A stretch of 64,000 nucleotides of DNA from Camelus ferus (taxonomy: Eukaryota): positions 57,042,001 to 57,106,000 of the forward strand of contig NC_045697.1 in the NCBI RefSeq assembly GCF_009834535.1, in the 5' to 3' direction. Below are positions 50,558 through 64,000 of this stretch, piece by piece; the first letter of the stretch is position 1; every line of letters starts with the position of its first letter. Position numbers and translations under genes: made by a program. The notes under the pieces are model-generated. The model was not told the origin of the DNA, did not search any database, and saw only the letters and a program-made list of their open reading frames with translations.

Positions 50558-52796
50558 TAGAAGGGTAAGCAAACCGTGGTTCATGGACCAAAAATAGTTG
50601 ACTATTTTTGTATGGTAAATGAACTAAAATTTAAAAAAAGTAATAAATGGTTGAAAAAAAGAGTAATAAAACAACATATCATAGAAATGAACAGTACAGG
50701 AAATTAAAATTCCAATTTCCAGAATGTTTTATTGCAACACAGTCACATTCACTCATTTGCATATTTTATATGACTGGCTTAGTCCCACAATGGTAGAGCT
50801 GAGTACTTGTGAAAGAAACAAATTGCAATAATATAGTCATAACTCAACAGAATTTCTATTTTATTTTTATTACCAAAGCATACCCATCATGTCAAAATAA
50901 GAATATAAAAATGGACTTTGACTGTCATACTTTTAAGAACAGGGAATTATAGATTATTTTGTTATAAAATTGTATGACAAAGTATTGTGTTTATCATATA
51001 ATGAAACTGGACACTATAGCACTCATCACATTGTCTCCAGATTATTGGGAAACAAAAAAATTTTAAATAGAATATTTCATCATATCAGAATTTCTTCACA
51101 AAACATTTTAAAAATGAAAGTAAAAGCTTAGAACAAAGCAAGTTTCTGACAGGGTCATTTTTGCTAACAGGGGAAAATGTTTGCTGATGATGAGTTCCTT
51201 GAATGGTATTTGATTGCAGTAGCCAGAGAAATATGTCCAAACATATATATACTTGTTTAAGACTATTAGCCTTTTGGTGAAAACAGTTGCTTTGAAGGAC
51301 TGAAGACATTAGGAGCAACATTAATATTCACTTATATAACAAAGCAAGTGACTTCAAGCATTGTCCTTCACCTCTTGTTGAGTGGACGTGTGGTACTTGC
51401 ACTGCTAAATTGTTGTTTATTTGAAGAGTCAATGCCCAGTTTGAAGTGACAGAAGAATTAGCCTCTACAAAATATTCTGCATGGAACGACTACAGTTGAG
51501 AATATTTTCAAAGATATTGAGAAAACAGTAATGCAATACAACTTCAAGTGGAATCTGCTATGAAGTGCTATAGCTGATTGTGGGGGAAATATGTGTGGAG
51601 TACAAAAAGGTATATTTGAACAAATTCTCAAGGTTTTTGAAAATGCACGGTGTTTATACCTTATGGTTATTCCTTCATTAATCTTGGATAGATACTCTGT
51701 GAAAAATATTTGAACCTATTGTCTCACTGAGTGTCAGTGATGAACTTCACTTGCTTTCATGGATTTAAAACTAATTAATTCCATGTTTTTTTTTTTTTTT
51801 TTGCAGAAATAGAAGCAAGATAATCTTTGTCAATTTACAATACAGAAAACTTATGGTTTGAAATCATAACATTTTATTGTGATTGCATTAGTTGAGAGTA
51901 GAGTTGTTTTAGTTTTCTTGGAAGAGAACGACCCTCAACCACTAATGGTGTATATTAAGTGGCTTTGGAAACTAGATTTTGCTGATAATATTTCTTAATG
52001 AATTTATACTAAACGTGCAAAACAAAAAAGTACTTATATGTGAAACTAATACTGTAGTAGAGTTATCTGGACTACTCATTTGTCTAGAATTAGAGGTAAC
52101 GACAAGTTGCTTTATGTAATTTCCATGTTCTCAAAGTTAAAACAAAAAGCAAGATCCCCACCTTCCAATAAGTTTGAAACATATGTATTTTGTGAACTCA
52201 CAACTGTTCTAGCAGCATTTTTTGGAACTCAATACAAGTCCAAAGGAAATGTTCAGATTTCAAAAAAAAATTTCACTGTGCAATTAAGGAGCTTCTACAA
52301 AACCTTCATTTGGAAATGATTAATCTTCAATCGTAAGACAGGCTAAGAGAGAAATTTTAAGAAAAGTAAAATCTATAACATTCTATAAATGTCTCACAAC
52401 AAATTATATGCTTATGGATTGATAACAGTATTTGTAAGTGCCTGTCTGTGTAGAAAGACATTTTAAAGATGAAATATGTAAAACTAATTACATGTCAGCT
52501 TTAGCAGATGAATATTTACAATCACTTTTGATGATAGAGAACATTCACTTTGAATCCCAATTAAGTAAAATATCATCCCTCCAAAAGTCTATTATTTCTA
52601 TTATTATACTTGTATTTTAAAATACCTTCTTATTAATGTTATTGTTTCAAAAATAACAAAAACTTTGTGGAAATGTTTTCTCTCTGGTTATAAAAGTATC
52701 TACATCATAGCCTCAATTTTGCTAATTGAGCAAATATTTACTCGTTTTTTATTTTTACTATCAAGCACTTTACAGAAAATATTTGTAAATGATGTG
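50558..52796 (+). mobile_element. Near-full-length hAT-Charlie DNA transposon fossil (Cheshire/MER58-type ends)
   Basis: The left end is MER58B-like ('gggtaagcaaaccgtgg', 'gttttattgcaacacagtcac', 'ggtagagctgagtacttgtga'). The right end reads 'ctttacagaaaatatttg'. A decayed transposase lies between them. Confidence 0.8.
50889..52620 (+). pseudogene. Inactivated hAT transposase with many stops and frameshifts
   Basis: Manual translation gives LHGTTTVENIFKDIEKTVMQYNFKWNLL*SAIADCGGNMCG (~51476-51598). The ORF track shows a hAT dimerisation-domain-like KTNYMSALADEYLQSLLMI (52438-52620). Confidence 0.75.
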
Positions 52797-53446
52797 ATTT
52801 TGTTTAAGAAGATATTTAATTCAAAACCATAAAAATACACCATATGTTTATACCAGCAATCACTTTATGAAACTAACAGGCTATATTATTGCACATGTTT
52901 ATATTAATAACGATAACTACATTCATGTTTTTGGATCTATTCCTAAACATGAAATTGATATATTCATATCTGTATTTTAGAAATATGCCAATGTCATCAA
53001 ATTAGAAAAAAAAATCTCTAAAGTTGTAATTTTGCAGCCTTCTGGTCATATAATTATTTCACTAAATGATTCTTGGATTCTTGGCAAAAGTGTACTTTAA
53101 AAAACTAATAAAATAGTCTAGACATTTTGAAATCAGGCACTACCATTTTCTTTCTTACCATTTTTTAAATTCTCTCCCCTTGCCTTCCTTTTTCTTCGCT
53201 TCCCCTAACTTATCTTCTATTCAATTTTCTTTTCTTTCTTCTCCCTTCCCCTTGTCTGGCATTGTTTATTCCTCTGCTCTCCCTTTTTGCATCTCTCCAC
53301 AAAAGCTTCCTTAAAGTCCACTTAATTGTTACCTGGCCTTTTTGTATCAGTATTACATCCATATAGGAACTGAGTGTAAAATTTCACTGGTGCAATCTTT
53401 ACTTTGTCTTTTGAATTACTGGAAACATTTCTAAATCTAGTGTATC

Positions 53447-53500
53447 AACACACACACACACATACACACACACACACAAGCAAACACATACACACACATA
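53447..53500. repeat. Imperfect (CA)n microsatellite
   Basis: Read directly from the sequence. Confidence 0.9.
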
Positions 53501-54294
53501 TCCCCCAAAACAAAGCAAACACTCCACAAATACTTCCAGTTGTCACCAAAAAAAAAAATTGGCTCAAAGTATTAGATTTATGTTATATATACTACAAATT
53601 CCTCTCAGCTTTTACATTAATAAAATGTGTTAATTTTAATGTCCTCACCTTTGTTTCTAAAACCCGACATTTTCCCCTAAGAATTTTTTATCCTGAATGC
53701 CTCATACTCACCCAAATTCTTGACCTTGTGCTTTAAATCCTGATTTAGCACAAAAATTTGGCTATATGACTTTTCCAGATCACCTAATAAAGTTGTGGCT
53801 TCCATGGATCAGTCAACAATGTAGACAAACCTTGAGACATATTTGCATACACTTACAATAGCCTTCCAATTCCTGTCTGTCCTCACCACAGTCCATCTTT
53901 CATAATGTTGCTAGTCTAATCACCCAAAACCATATTTTCAATCATATTACCAATTGGGAAACTATTCATTCAATAGTTTTTTTTCCCCTACTGAATAAAA
54001 TGAAAACTCAGTCTCAAAACCAATTATGCATCAGTGTTTTCCAAAATTTTTTATCAGAATACTACCTTTACCAGACATTAAAAGTGATACAGAAAAACAA
54101 TTTAAGAAATTGTGTGTGTTGGTCATTTAAACTTCAGAAACTCTAAATTTAACAAGTTTAACCTATTTATTTCCTGTAAGACTTCTTAAAGATTTTAATA
54201 GGGCAATGTATGTATTGTATCCTCAAAGGAAATATAGTATCCAAAAATTTCCAAACAGATATAACATTCACCTTAATTCTAACAATGGAATCCT

Positions 54295-54757
54295 GATACC
54301 AGTTAGGCAGAACTAGCTTTACCTCAATTTTAAACCATGTGTTTAGCTAATGTTAAATTAGCCCTTGGCTCCGTAAATGGGCATGTGTTAAGTGTCATGT
54401 TCCTTTAGCCAGTTATTTCATTTAGACAATGCCACATGATGTTATTGAAGCCATTAAGAGCTAGTATAGAGATTTCTGTTGGAGCAACCTGGGCATGATA
54501 TTCTTTTCATTGGACTTGAAAGTAGGAGGATCTATGTCTGGAATTGCTGGAAGCTACCTTGTAATAACATGGAAACTGAAAATAAAGCCATGTGGAGGAG
54601 AGAAGAGACACTGATTGCTAGTGATGTCATTTGAGTTTACTGGTCAGATTATCATAAAAGTGGGTTTAACTGCAGATTGTTTTTATATCCCTTTTAAATT
54701 AAGTCACTTTGGACTGAGTTGCCTGTTGCTTAAAAATAAGAGAGTCTGAACTGGCAT
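54295..54757. mobile_element. Old MaLR LTR (MLT1J/K-like)
   Basis: 'ctggaattgctggaagctaccttg...aataaagcca...taagtcactttggactgagttgcctgttgcttaaaataagagagtctgaactggcatac'. Confidence 0.6.
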
Positions 54758-57700
54758 ACTCTAGAAACTACTTTTTGAAATGGGTATCAAGAATTTCTCC
54801 AAATTCATCTTAAGAACTATTATAATAAATGCCATGGCTCTAAACTGCACTTTCAGTTTATCTTAATTTCTCATCTTCTGAAATATAGTAACAGCCCTGT
54901 TATTTATGGAATTTTTTGGCAAATCTTTTAATCTCTCCTAAATGAGTTTCTTACTCATTTTCATTTCAATTTCACTTTCATTTCCCTCCTCCCCCCTAAG
55001 GGGTTGTTTGTAGGGTTGAATGTGCATATGCTTTATATTTACTCTCAATTTTAGAACTCTCTGTTCCTTTAAACTTTATTTACTTCTGTCTCCTGCCTAA
55101 GCCTTGTGTTTCATCAGCACACATTTCCACATTCCGAAATAACCATTATATTACTTAAGAACTATTTCAAGTCTGAACATCTTGAAAGTCTTCAAATAAA
55201 ATACTGCCATAGTGCTCACTCCTTATTCTGTGCATTTAAGCAATTATTGATTGTAATTGCCAATTGTAAAGTAATGAGATACTATAATGTGCCACCCATT
55301 TTTGTTTTGAGACTTGTTTTTGGCACTTCTATTTCTTTTTTTTTTTTTTTCCACTTTCTTTAAACACCTAGATTCTAGATTCTTTGCAATTTATATTCCT
55401 TTAGATTAGGGAAAGGACCAAGCATATTAATCATACAAATATTTGTTGGATTTGAATTAATAGAAATAAATGAGGGACAGAGACTATATGTTCTTTCTTG
55501 GTTATAGTCTTTGTGAGTAAAATTAAGAATTTTAGATAGAATTTACAATACATTGAAGCAAGCAGAATTGCAGATTATGTTCATGTTCATGCTAAAATGA
55601 CCACAATTAAAAGTAAACTTGAATTTTAGTTTTTAGTATTTGTATAATTATTTGGTAGTTGGTTACTTATAAAATAGCCCTCTAAATGTAAACTATTTTG
55701 TAAGATTATTTCTATCAATTTTGCTCTCAACAGTCATCTGCCTGATCTATGCAAAAATATTTTGCTAACTAAAAATCATAAGAATTTTAGGTTTTAATCA
55801 CATTGGTTGGTAAGCAAATACAAATTTCAGGTTGGATTATATTTTTAAATGTTTACACTGTTTGCTTTTTCTTATAGTAATATTATAATAGCTACTAAAT
55901 GATAAAAAGTGCAACAATAAGCTGACAAATAATATGTTTCCATAAACTATATTATTTCCTAAAGATTTATCAGAACCATGAATTGAATCAACAAAAGCAA
56001 AGCAATGTCACTTATTGTTACTTGGGCCAATTTAAACTAAAAAAAAAAAAAATATTATATATTTTCTCTAAGTAGAATAATACCTTGTAAGTACTAATTT
56101 AAGCACTTATAACCAAAATGAGTAATAATATTCTTAAAATAAAAATTTATAAATTATGTGTAATTTATAATAAGCTTACCTTGAATAATAATCACAATCC
56201 AAAATATACCTTGCATAATTTCGTTTAAAATATAAATATAATACAGTGCAAATATATGTTCATATACCTGCATATATACAAAATATATAATATGAAATAA
56301 ATATATATTACATCTTATATGCATATTTATATAACATAAACCACATCATATCTCTGTGCTGAATGGCTTGTTCTATTACGATTGGAAATAATCTTTACTA
56401 AACCCCTTCAGTAAATGGTACTTAATCGAATGGTACTGAAGAAAACAAATGTTTAAAATTATTAACAAAAAGAATAGAGAGAAAAAACACATTTTGTTAT
56501 CATATTTACTGTATATTATAGTCTTAAAATATATCTTTAAATACTGACAGCTACTTTTCACAGTAATAAAATTTTCTATTAAGTGTATGACGACAGCAAC
56601 AAATGCTGATATTTTTCCACATTCGCATTCTTGCACTATGTTGTGAATAATAAATTTAATAGAATTATTTGCAAGTCTCCTTCCATTAGAATTAATAAAA
56701 CCTAAATTTATGTAGATGATTCATAGAGGGCACATAATTATGCTGTCCTTAAATAATCGCCTCAGCCAAAGGAAAGGACATTCATCCTCTGCCTCCTGAG
56801 CCATGTTTAGAGCCTTGGTGTCACTTTTCATAAACTATATATTGAGCAATCACATGATCATGAGCTAATTGTTTCTATACTAAGAAGCACATACTTAATC
56901 CTTGAACTCAGGCAGTTACTATTTGTACACTATTGAGCCAAAAGACTGCCTCAAGAAACTAATATGCAATGAGCTCCATATTCTAACTAATTTTACAAAT
57001 TTGTATACAGCTACAAAGAAAAATCTTTACATATATATATATATATGTATATATAGACAACAGTTAGTTTACTAGGTGTTTTAAGTCTTCTAAAATAAAC
57101 CAAAGAAATAAACAAAAAATAGTTTAGGCTGGCATTAGAGATGCAACTGTGAATAAAGAAAATATATTAATCAGAGAATTGCAGAGCATGATTAACAACC
57201 GAATACAACTTTTTATCCCAAAGCCTAATTTCATACCTAATCTCAAAACTTCAGCTTAGATCATTAAAAGCATTGAAGACAAATTTCTTTAAATTATCAC
57301 AATGTTTTCATATGCAAAATAATATATAAAACTAATATTGAAGTTTATTTTTAAATATCCTGAATTAACATAGGAAATGGCATATCTTGCTACTTAAATT
57401 TAAAAAATGGTTCATAATTTATAGAAGAAAATGCATGAAGAGTCAATAATTTTCAGGACTATTAAAAATTATCTATGCTAGAAATTTTTGACAGTGTTAT
57501 TTTGCCAAGTAGATAGAGCTTATCAATAGAAAGTAAAGTATTTATTCTCTGTTTTAATTTTATAACTGTTCTCCTTTATTCTCTGCCCTTTGTCAATACC
57601 TATCACATAATAAACATTTTTGTCTTCTAGCAAAGGCAGTATTTATTAAATGGCTTTTGTAAAGGTTGTCTCTTGTTATGTTGGAAATAGATAGCTATTT

Positions 57701-58502
57701 GTAATCCCAAAGCTCAGCAATAACATTAATTCTAAACTAAAGGTTGAAGCCATAAATTTTTGCAATATCCCCTGCAGGAAGAATTTTGCAATCAACAAAA
57801 CAAAAACAATAATGCTATTTCATGAATTTTTGTTTTATTATTGAAATAATCCACCATAATATATGGCTCATACAGGAAAATATGGTGTTAGCTTGTCATA
57901 TTTCTTTATAAGCTAATGTACAGTTACCATTATAATGGTATGAACCATGATTTTCATATACACACTCCAAAAACTATTTCTGAATTGAGTACATTATTTC
58001 AGAATTCATCATTTGATATTCTGTTAATAATCTCTCGTTTAACAGACTGAAATCAAGGCAACCCTTTAATGTAAATTAGACTTAGAGAAAGTTTCATAAT
58101 ATTTAAATAGAAATCAATTTATACTCATTACTATAGTCCAACCTAATAGGACTGTCTTAGTTTTGATACTCTCCAGAATGTTATTAATATGTTCAGCTAC
58201 TGAGAAATACTTACCTAAATTGGGAAGAAACTCATTTACAAGTTCTGTGATTATTACTATCTCATGACCTTTGCCAATTTTGCCAATATTAAAAAAAGGT
58301 ATGGGTAAAGTTGTTAAACATGACATATAATATCAGTTGATTACCATATCAGGTCTTATGATTTTCCTTGACATTTAGGATCATGTGGCATTGCAGTTTT
58401 CCAAGGACAAAATGCAGAATTTTATGGAATTTGCACTCTAAAATATGTTGTTCAATTAGCATGCTTTTGCTTACATATGTAGTTTAGATAACACTTTAAA
58501 TA

Positions 58503-59045
58503 TGTGGCAAGATTGTTTGAAATACATTATTTTAAATGTCAAAAATTCTTTGACATTCTACCTATCAAGTGGGGTCTGTGTCCCCTCTCCTTATCTATAA
58601 CTGCTTTCTCCAATAGAATACTAGTAATACTTTGTGACTTCTAAGACTGAGTCATAAAAGACCTTGACCCCTCTGTACTGTTCTGTCTTGTTCTCTTGAA
58701 TCCTTGAGCCACCATACAAGAAGTCCAGCTACTCTGAAGCTTCCCTGGTATGAGGAAGCCCAAGCATCATGGATACATGAAGAAGCCATGTGTAGCCACT
58801 CTGGTTGACAACTTCAGCTGAGCTCAGATTTTGGTTTGTCACAACTCAGGCACCACATATATGAGTGAAGAAGAGGCCAGATTGTTTCAGCCTCCAGTCA
58901 TTTTAGTTATGCTCAGTAATTTAAGTCTCCCAGTTGTGGCACCAGGGCAGAGGAGGACAAGCCATTTCCATCCAAATTCCTGATCTATATTATGTGAGTA
59001 CTTTGTAAAAAATAGCTGGTCAGATTTACCCATTAAATATCTGGT
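58503..59045 (+). mobile_element. MaLR LTR (MLT1G/H-like)
   Basis: 'ggggtctgtgtcccctctcctt...ccaatagaata...tgtgacttctaagactgagtcataaaag...aagaagtccagctactctgaag...atgagtgaagaag'. Confidence 0.75.
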
Positions 59046-59149
59046 AACTCAAGTATTTGAAATTGTTTAATACTGCATGGATCTGTGGTAAACAATATTT
59101 AAGAAAGTTCTATGTTCTGTTTCTTAGCATTAAAGTTTTATACCCAAAT

Positions 59150-59690
59150 AATACAGTGTAACTCTAGTTTTAGAGCAAAACATATAAGCTCTTATTTCTA
59201 TTGTAAAGTGAAGAGGTTTTGATGACAGAGCCTCTGAAAACAGACAGTAGATGTACGGTGGTTAGACTGTGGGAGTCCCAACACTTATTTTATGTAGTAC
59301 TGAGGCAAGTGAAACTATGTGTCCTTGTTAAACAAGAAAAGTTTAGAATGTTGTTTGACAATTCTAGTGTCAACTGACAACAGGGGAAGAGTGGAAATGG
59401 AGGTAGGCAATGTCACAGTAAGTCAGATCTCTATATTGTTTCAGAAAGGAAATATAGAATGTCTAAAATCAATAAATAGAACTAGTTACATTTTCTAATA
59501 GACATAATTCCTTTCAAATAATGTAAAGCATATCCAGTTAATAGGAACTGTCCTGTGAAAAACAAGAAAAAGTCTCGATCAGGATGGGACAGAGGACTTG
59601 TTTTGTTGTTAATTTTTCTATATAATATATGAATTTTTATTCATGTGCATGCATTTTCTTGATAAATATTTGTAATTGTTAATTGCAAAA
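59150..59690 (+). mobile_element. HAL1/L1ME-like 3' remnant
   Basis: 'agaatgtctaaaatcaataaatagaa...gggacagaggacttgttttg...catgtgcatgcattttcttgataaa'. The match is weak. Confidence 0.4.
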
Positions 59691-62110
59691 TGTATTTAAC
59701 TCATTGATTTTTGAAGGACAAATGGAGGGTAACTTAAGGTATGACGGTAAAAGTGGAAGTACAGTACAAGAAGAATTACAAGGATCTAATAGTGGACATA
59801 GAAACTAATTAATAGAGGCTAGGTAGATGAGATACTATGAAATAGGAGACTGGAATAAAGAGAGACTCTTTAACTGAAATCCAGCCAGAGTCAAGGAGGG
59901 GCAAAAAATAATAAACTCACTGGAGGAAACGAAGGAGGATATATGGTAAAGATTATTTGGTCACAGGTGTTTGAAGGAAGGGTAAGCATTGTGTACATTA
60001 ATATGGCAGATATCTCTTTAGTACTGATTGCTAAAAAATGAGGTATGCTTTTTGAAACAAAGAGAAAATGTATTAACATTCTTCAAGATAGTATGATTGT
60101 ATCCCTAGAAAAGCTAGCAGGAGAAATAAAACTTATTAGAACTAATGAAAAAGTTCAGTTCAAACTGCAAAGAAAAAGAAAAGCATATTTCCTATTTTTT
60201 GATTTATCATTAAACAACCTTAAAATAATATATTCATTGGAAAAGGACATTAAATCTATATACCAAATTAATAGTAGTAGTTATCTCCATGTGTTAGGAG
60301 CAATGATAATGTGATTTTTTCTTTATTTTTCTTACATGTGTTCTACTTTGAACAGGAATTTCTTCTTTAAAAAGATGATTTATGTGATTTCTGTATGATA
60401 TTATAGAAGAAAAATATACAATGGTATTAATAAAAAGAAAATATTGAGAAAGAAGTGGAAATAATTAAATTAGTGGCAATCTGAGAAGAGAAGAACAAAT
60501 TAAGAAGAGAGCTATGTGGGTCAGAATAGGATATTAAAATTATAAAAATATAGAAAGCAAAAGCACAGATGATTAACAAAATGAGAAGTAAATTATACAC
60601 GTCTCCTTCTGAAATAAAAACTAAGCTGATGGTGTCAAGGTATTTTCTGTAACAATAGGAAATAACTATAAACAGTTAATAAACCATAGATTTATTAATC
60701 AGTTGGATGTTGCTGTTACATACCACAAATAAATATTTTTTCCTGAAGAAAAAAGTAATTTTCCTTAATAAATTTTCTCGATTTTTTTTCTGTTATAAAA
60801 CCATAGTATAATGAAAAATAATCACAAAGCAATCTTCCAATTGGATTACTATATAACATAGATTATACAAGAGCAGTTTCCAAGGGTTGCTAAGGACTGC
60901 ATAATTTTAAAGTAATTAATTTCTGAAAACTCAAATTCCTTAGTACCATTTCTTAAAATTTATCTTCCTAAAGCTGTACTTACATTGTTTTGTACTTTGT
61001 GACACCATTTCTAATTTTATTTTTGCAATCTTGCTTCTTCCATTTTACAAAAGAAAGGCATAATATTTACCCATTCCAAACCTGACTTCCCAAGAGACAT
61101 AAAAACTACAGGAACAACTGGCAATAATGATGCCTTGATTATAAAGTGAATGATTTTAAAAATTGTTCAAAAGATATTTTTGCACATAAGTAGCTTAAAA
61201 TTACAGGACACTCAAACTGAATTTTTTTAGGTAATAGACGTTCCAAAATAATAATTCTAATGATACAGCAATGTGAGGTTGGGTTACATAATTTTTAAGC
61301 AATTTTTTAAAATGGAATTTTATTCCTGTTAAACATTTTATCTATTCCTAAATTTCTGTATAAAAATTTTCTTCAGCAGTTACATCTATGAAAAATGAAG
61401 AACAGAAAAAAATACAAATGAACTCTGCCTCCTTGTGAAAGTATAAGCAATACTGATTCATGTAAACAGAAACTAATTTTGTTATAGTAATCTCCTTAAG
61501 ATATATGTATCTAATTGAATATTGTTATTTTAAAGTACTTACAAAAATTTTAAATTATCTTTGTGTTGTTTTGGTTACATTTTGACTAATAATAAGCTCA
61601 AGCCAACATAAATTTTAGCGCAGAAGTTTTAAATTTTAAACGTATATATTTAAAATTTACACAAACAGTAATATAAATATGAAAGAATGTGCACTGAAAG
61701 ACTTAATACCTAAATATGCTCGTATTACATGTTCCATTAAAATATTTAATTGAAATAAATTAAAGGAAAGCTGGTTCATGAATTTTATTTTAATTGGATG
61801 ATAGTGGATATCAAATCACTAGGGCATTTAGATATCATTGAATGCATTGAATAATGATGTGACAGTTTTATTTGTTATTAAAATAAGCACTATTAAGTAT
61901 TAAACTATGTAAAACAAAATTAAATCCCTTAGAATATTTTAAAATTAATATATTACAATTTTTAGGAAAAAATGGGAGGAATAATGTGTTTTTTCAGAAT
62001 CTCTTAGTAGGTATACCAGAAAAAATTTTAGATAACTATGCTTAAAAGTATGGAAAAGTAGTGTTTGAGCAGGTTGATGTCAATAAATATGTCTGTTATG
62101 ACCAATTAAG

Positions 62111-62302
62111 CAATGGTTCTCAACTACTGTCATTCATTAAAATCACTCAGGGATCTTTTAAGAAATGTTTGTAATGAAAGTCCATTCCAGACCAATTGTA
62201 TCAGACTGTCTGCAAGTGCAGACCCGTCATTAGTGTTTTATTATACTTATTTATTGATTAAAAGCTCCCCCAAGGTTTTCTAGTATTAAATAAGAAGTGC
62301 GC
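62111..62302. mobile_element. MER5A-like non-autonomous hAT element
   Basis: 'caatggttctcaac...cattaaaatcactcaggga...ccagaccaattgtatcaga...aaaagctcccccaaggttttct'. Confidence 0.7.
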
Positions 62303-64000
62303 CTAAAATCAATCCATGAAAATAAAAAGAGATAAGGAACAATATGTGTTAACTAGGGAAAGGTAATTTTTTCCCTTGGTGTTGATACCTATGAATGATT
62401 TTCAAATCTTTTTCTCCTTCTCCTCCGCCCTCTTCATATGAAGCTTAGATTAAAGACATAAAGAGTTTTCAGCAGTGTAGCTTCCCAGATGTTAGGAAGA
62501 AATATTAAAAAGAAATAGAAGAAAGTAAGGACTAGACAAAAAGATGGTCAACTGGGATAAGACGAAATGTTTTTGTTTGGTTTCAGTTGGGTTTCAGCTG
62601 ACTCCCATCCTTAGAGCTGAAGTGAAATCAGGGGAAAATGACAGTTCCATTTACTGAATAGATGCAAGAGGATGAACACAGTAATAGAACACTGAAAGAT
62701 TTCCAGGCAGGCAAATGGAGATTGCTCATTGAGTTATCTAGTAATTCATAGGCTATAGTCAATAGTCCTTATTCTAACTGATATAAAAGTACAATTGAAT
62801 TTTCTGGCCATCAAACTTCTTAACATATACTTATACTACTAGTTATTTTATATTTTAAAGAATTCCAAGAGAGCTCAAAAAGGGATATGTGATATCATGA
62901 AATATCCCATAAAATAGACATCCAGAGAAAACATAAAAACTGCTAAGAATTATATTATTATATAACATATTTCTTTTAAGAAACTTCTGTTTATGAAATG
63001 TTACATTTCACAGTATGCTTTCGAATGTATTTTATACACAGTATTTAAAATTAATGTATAAATTTATGTTTTTGGCAAAGCTTTCTTCACTAGTTTTTCC
63101 AAATGCATTTTAAAAGTAACGAGGCAAATTCTACTTGTGGTCAACTAAATACACTTTCAACTCAGAAACAAATCTACATAAGATAATACAAATAGTATTC
63201 ATATATATATATTGCTTTTCTGAATAATGATATCCAGATTAACTTGCAGTCCTACGTACTATATAATTAAAAGCATTTTAATGGTTTCTACACAAACATA
63301 ATCCATTCATAGGATTAGTTCATATTTTTCCAGTTGTTCATGTTCTTTCTTTAAAATTTGTTTTCAGTATTTTTCTTCATATTCAAGGCAGAGTTTAAAT
63401 CAAATTCCACACAATCAAATTCCACATATTTAACTGCTTAAACACTAGGACACCAGCACCAAATATGCTGTACTATTGAAATGTTCTACCTTCTGTCATA
63501 TTCAAAACTAATATTTCTGCAATCCTCATAAATTGGTTTCTACGGATTGTCAAGCACCCTTCTGGGGCTCATTGTAAAGCATAGAGATTCTGTATATGTA
63601 ATGTAATAGTGTCCACAGACATTTACTTCTAACTGGTTACTGAATATATGAAAATCAAACTAAAGTTTAGCTATCCCTAAAGGAAGATCAAAATACTTTC
63701 ATTATATTAACCATAATTTGTCTCATTAAGACCATCAGCAAGTCATGGCATTTTATGCTTGTACAGTATTTTCTAACTTGGGATTTCAGAGCCAAACTAT
63801 ATAAAATTCTTGGCATATCCAATCATCACATTTAATAAACACACATTTTAGTTTCTTCATTGTAATTTGATTCCTCAAATTATGCTGCTTACATTATGGT
63901 ATCTAAAACCTTAAAATCATTAAAATATAATTCCTTATTTAATATCATTGGTGGAAAATTGCTTATGAAATATCCTTTCTGAAATATTTTAATATATGTT

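Noticed and set aside
50889..52620. Domesticated transposase gene (ZBED/GTF2IRD2-like)
   Set aside because: It has multiple stops and frameshifts, including a TAA at the fourth codon, and is still flanked by transposon ends.
53404..53736. 110-aa ORF with HT repeats
   Set aside because: The HTHT run is a translated (CA)n microsatellite.

Overview
This is a very AT-rich, CpG-depleted mammalian window that reads as gene desert or deep intron. I found no convincing protein-coding gene, RNA gene or CpG island. The ORF-track entries I could place are chance ORFs or decayed transposon frames. Much of the sequence is recognisable transposon fossil: old L1 (L1MC/MD/ME/MA-type), L2, MIR, MaLR/ERVL LTRs and a near-full-length hAT Cheshire/MER58-type transposon. 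Younger insertions with readable target-site duplications (TSDs) sit on top of these. The young L1 3' ends, plus no Alu, B1/B2, Bov-A/BovB, PRE1, Can-SINE or ERE that I could recognise, suggest a cetartiodactyl, most likely a camelid (inference from recall). Four items stand out. (1) A young, CpG-rich 345-bp solo LTR at 32137-32481 with a perfect 5-bp TSD and a 39-bp NRF1/SOX/ARE tandem module. (2) A 161-bp inverted L1 mini-insertion at 3954-4114 that joins the exact ORF2 start to the extreme 3' end. (3) A twin-primed L1 at 20608-21481 with an internal 24-bp triplication. (4) Several motif-dense unique segments that are candidate enhancers. I did not find a novel multi-gene system. Subfamily names come from pattern recall and need RepeatMasker/Dfam confirmation.
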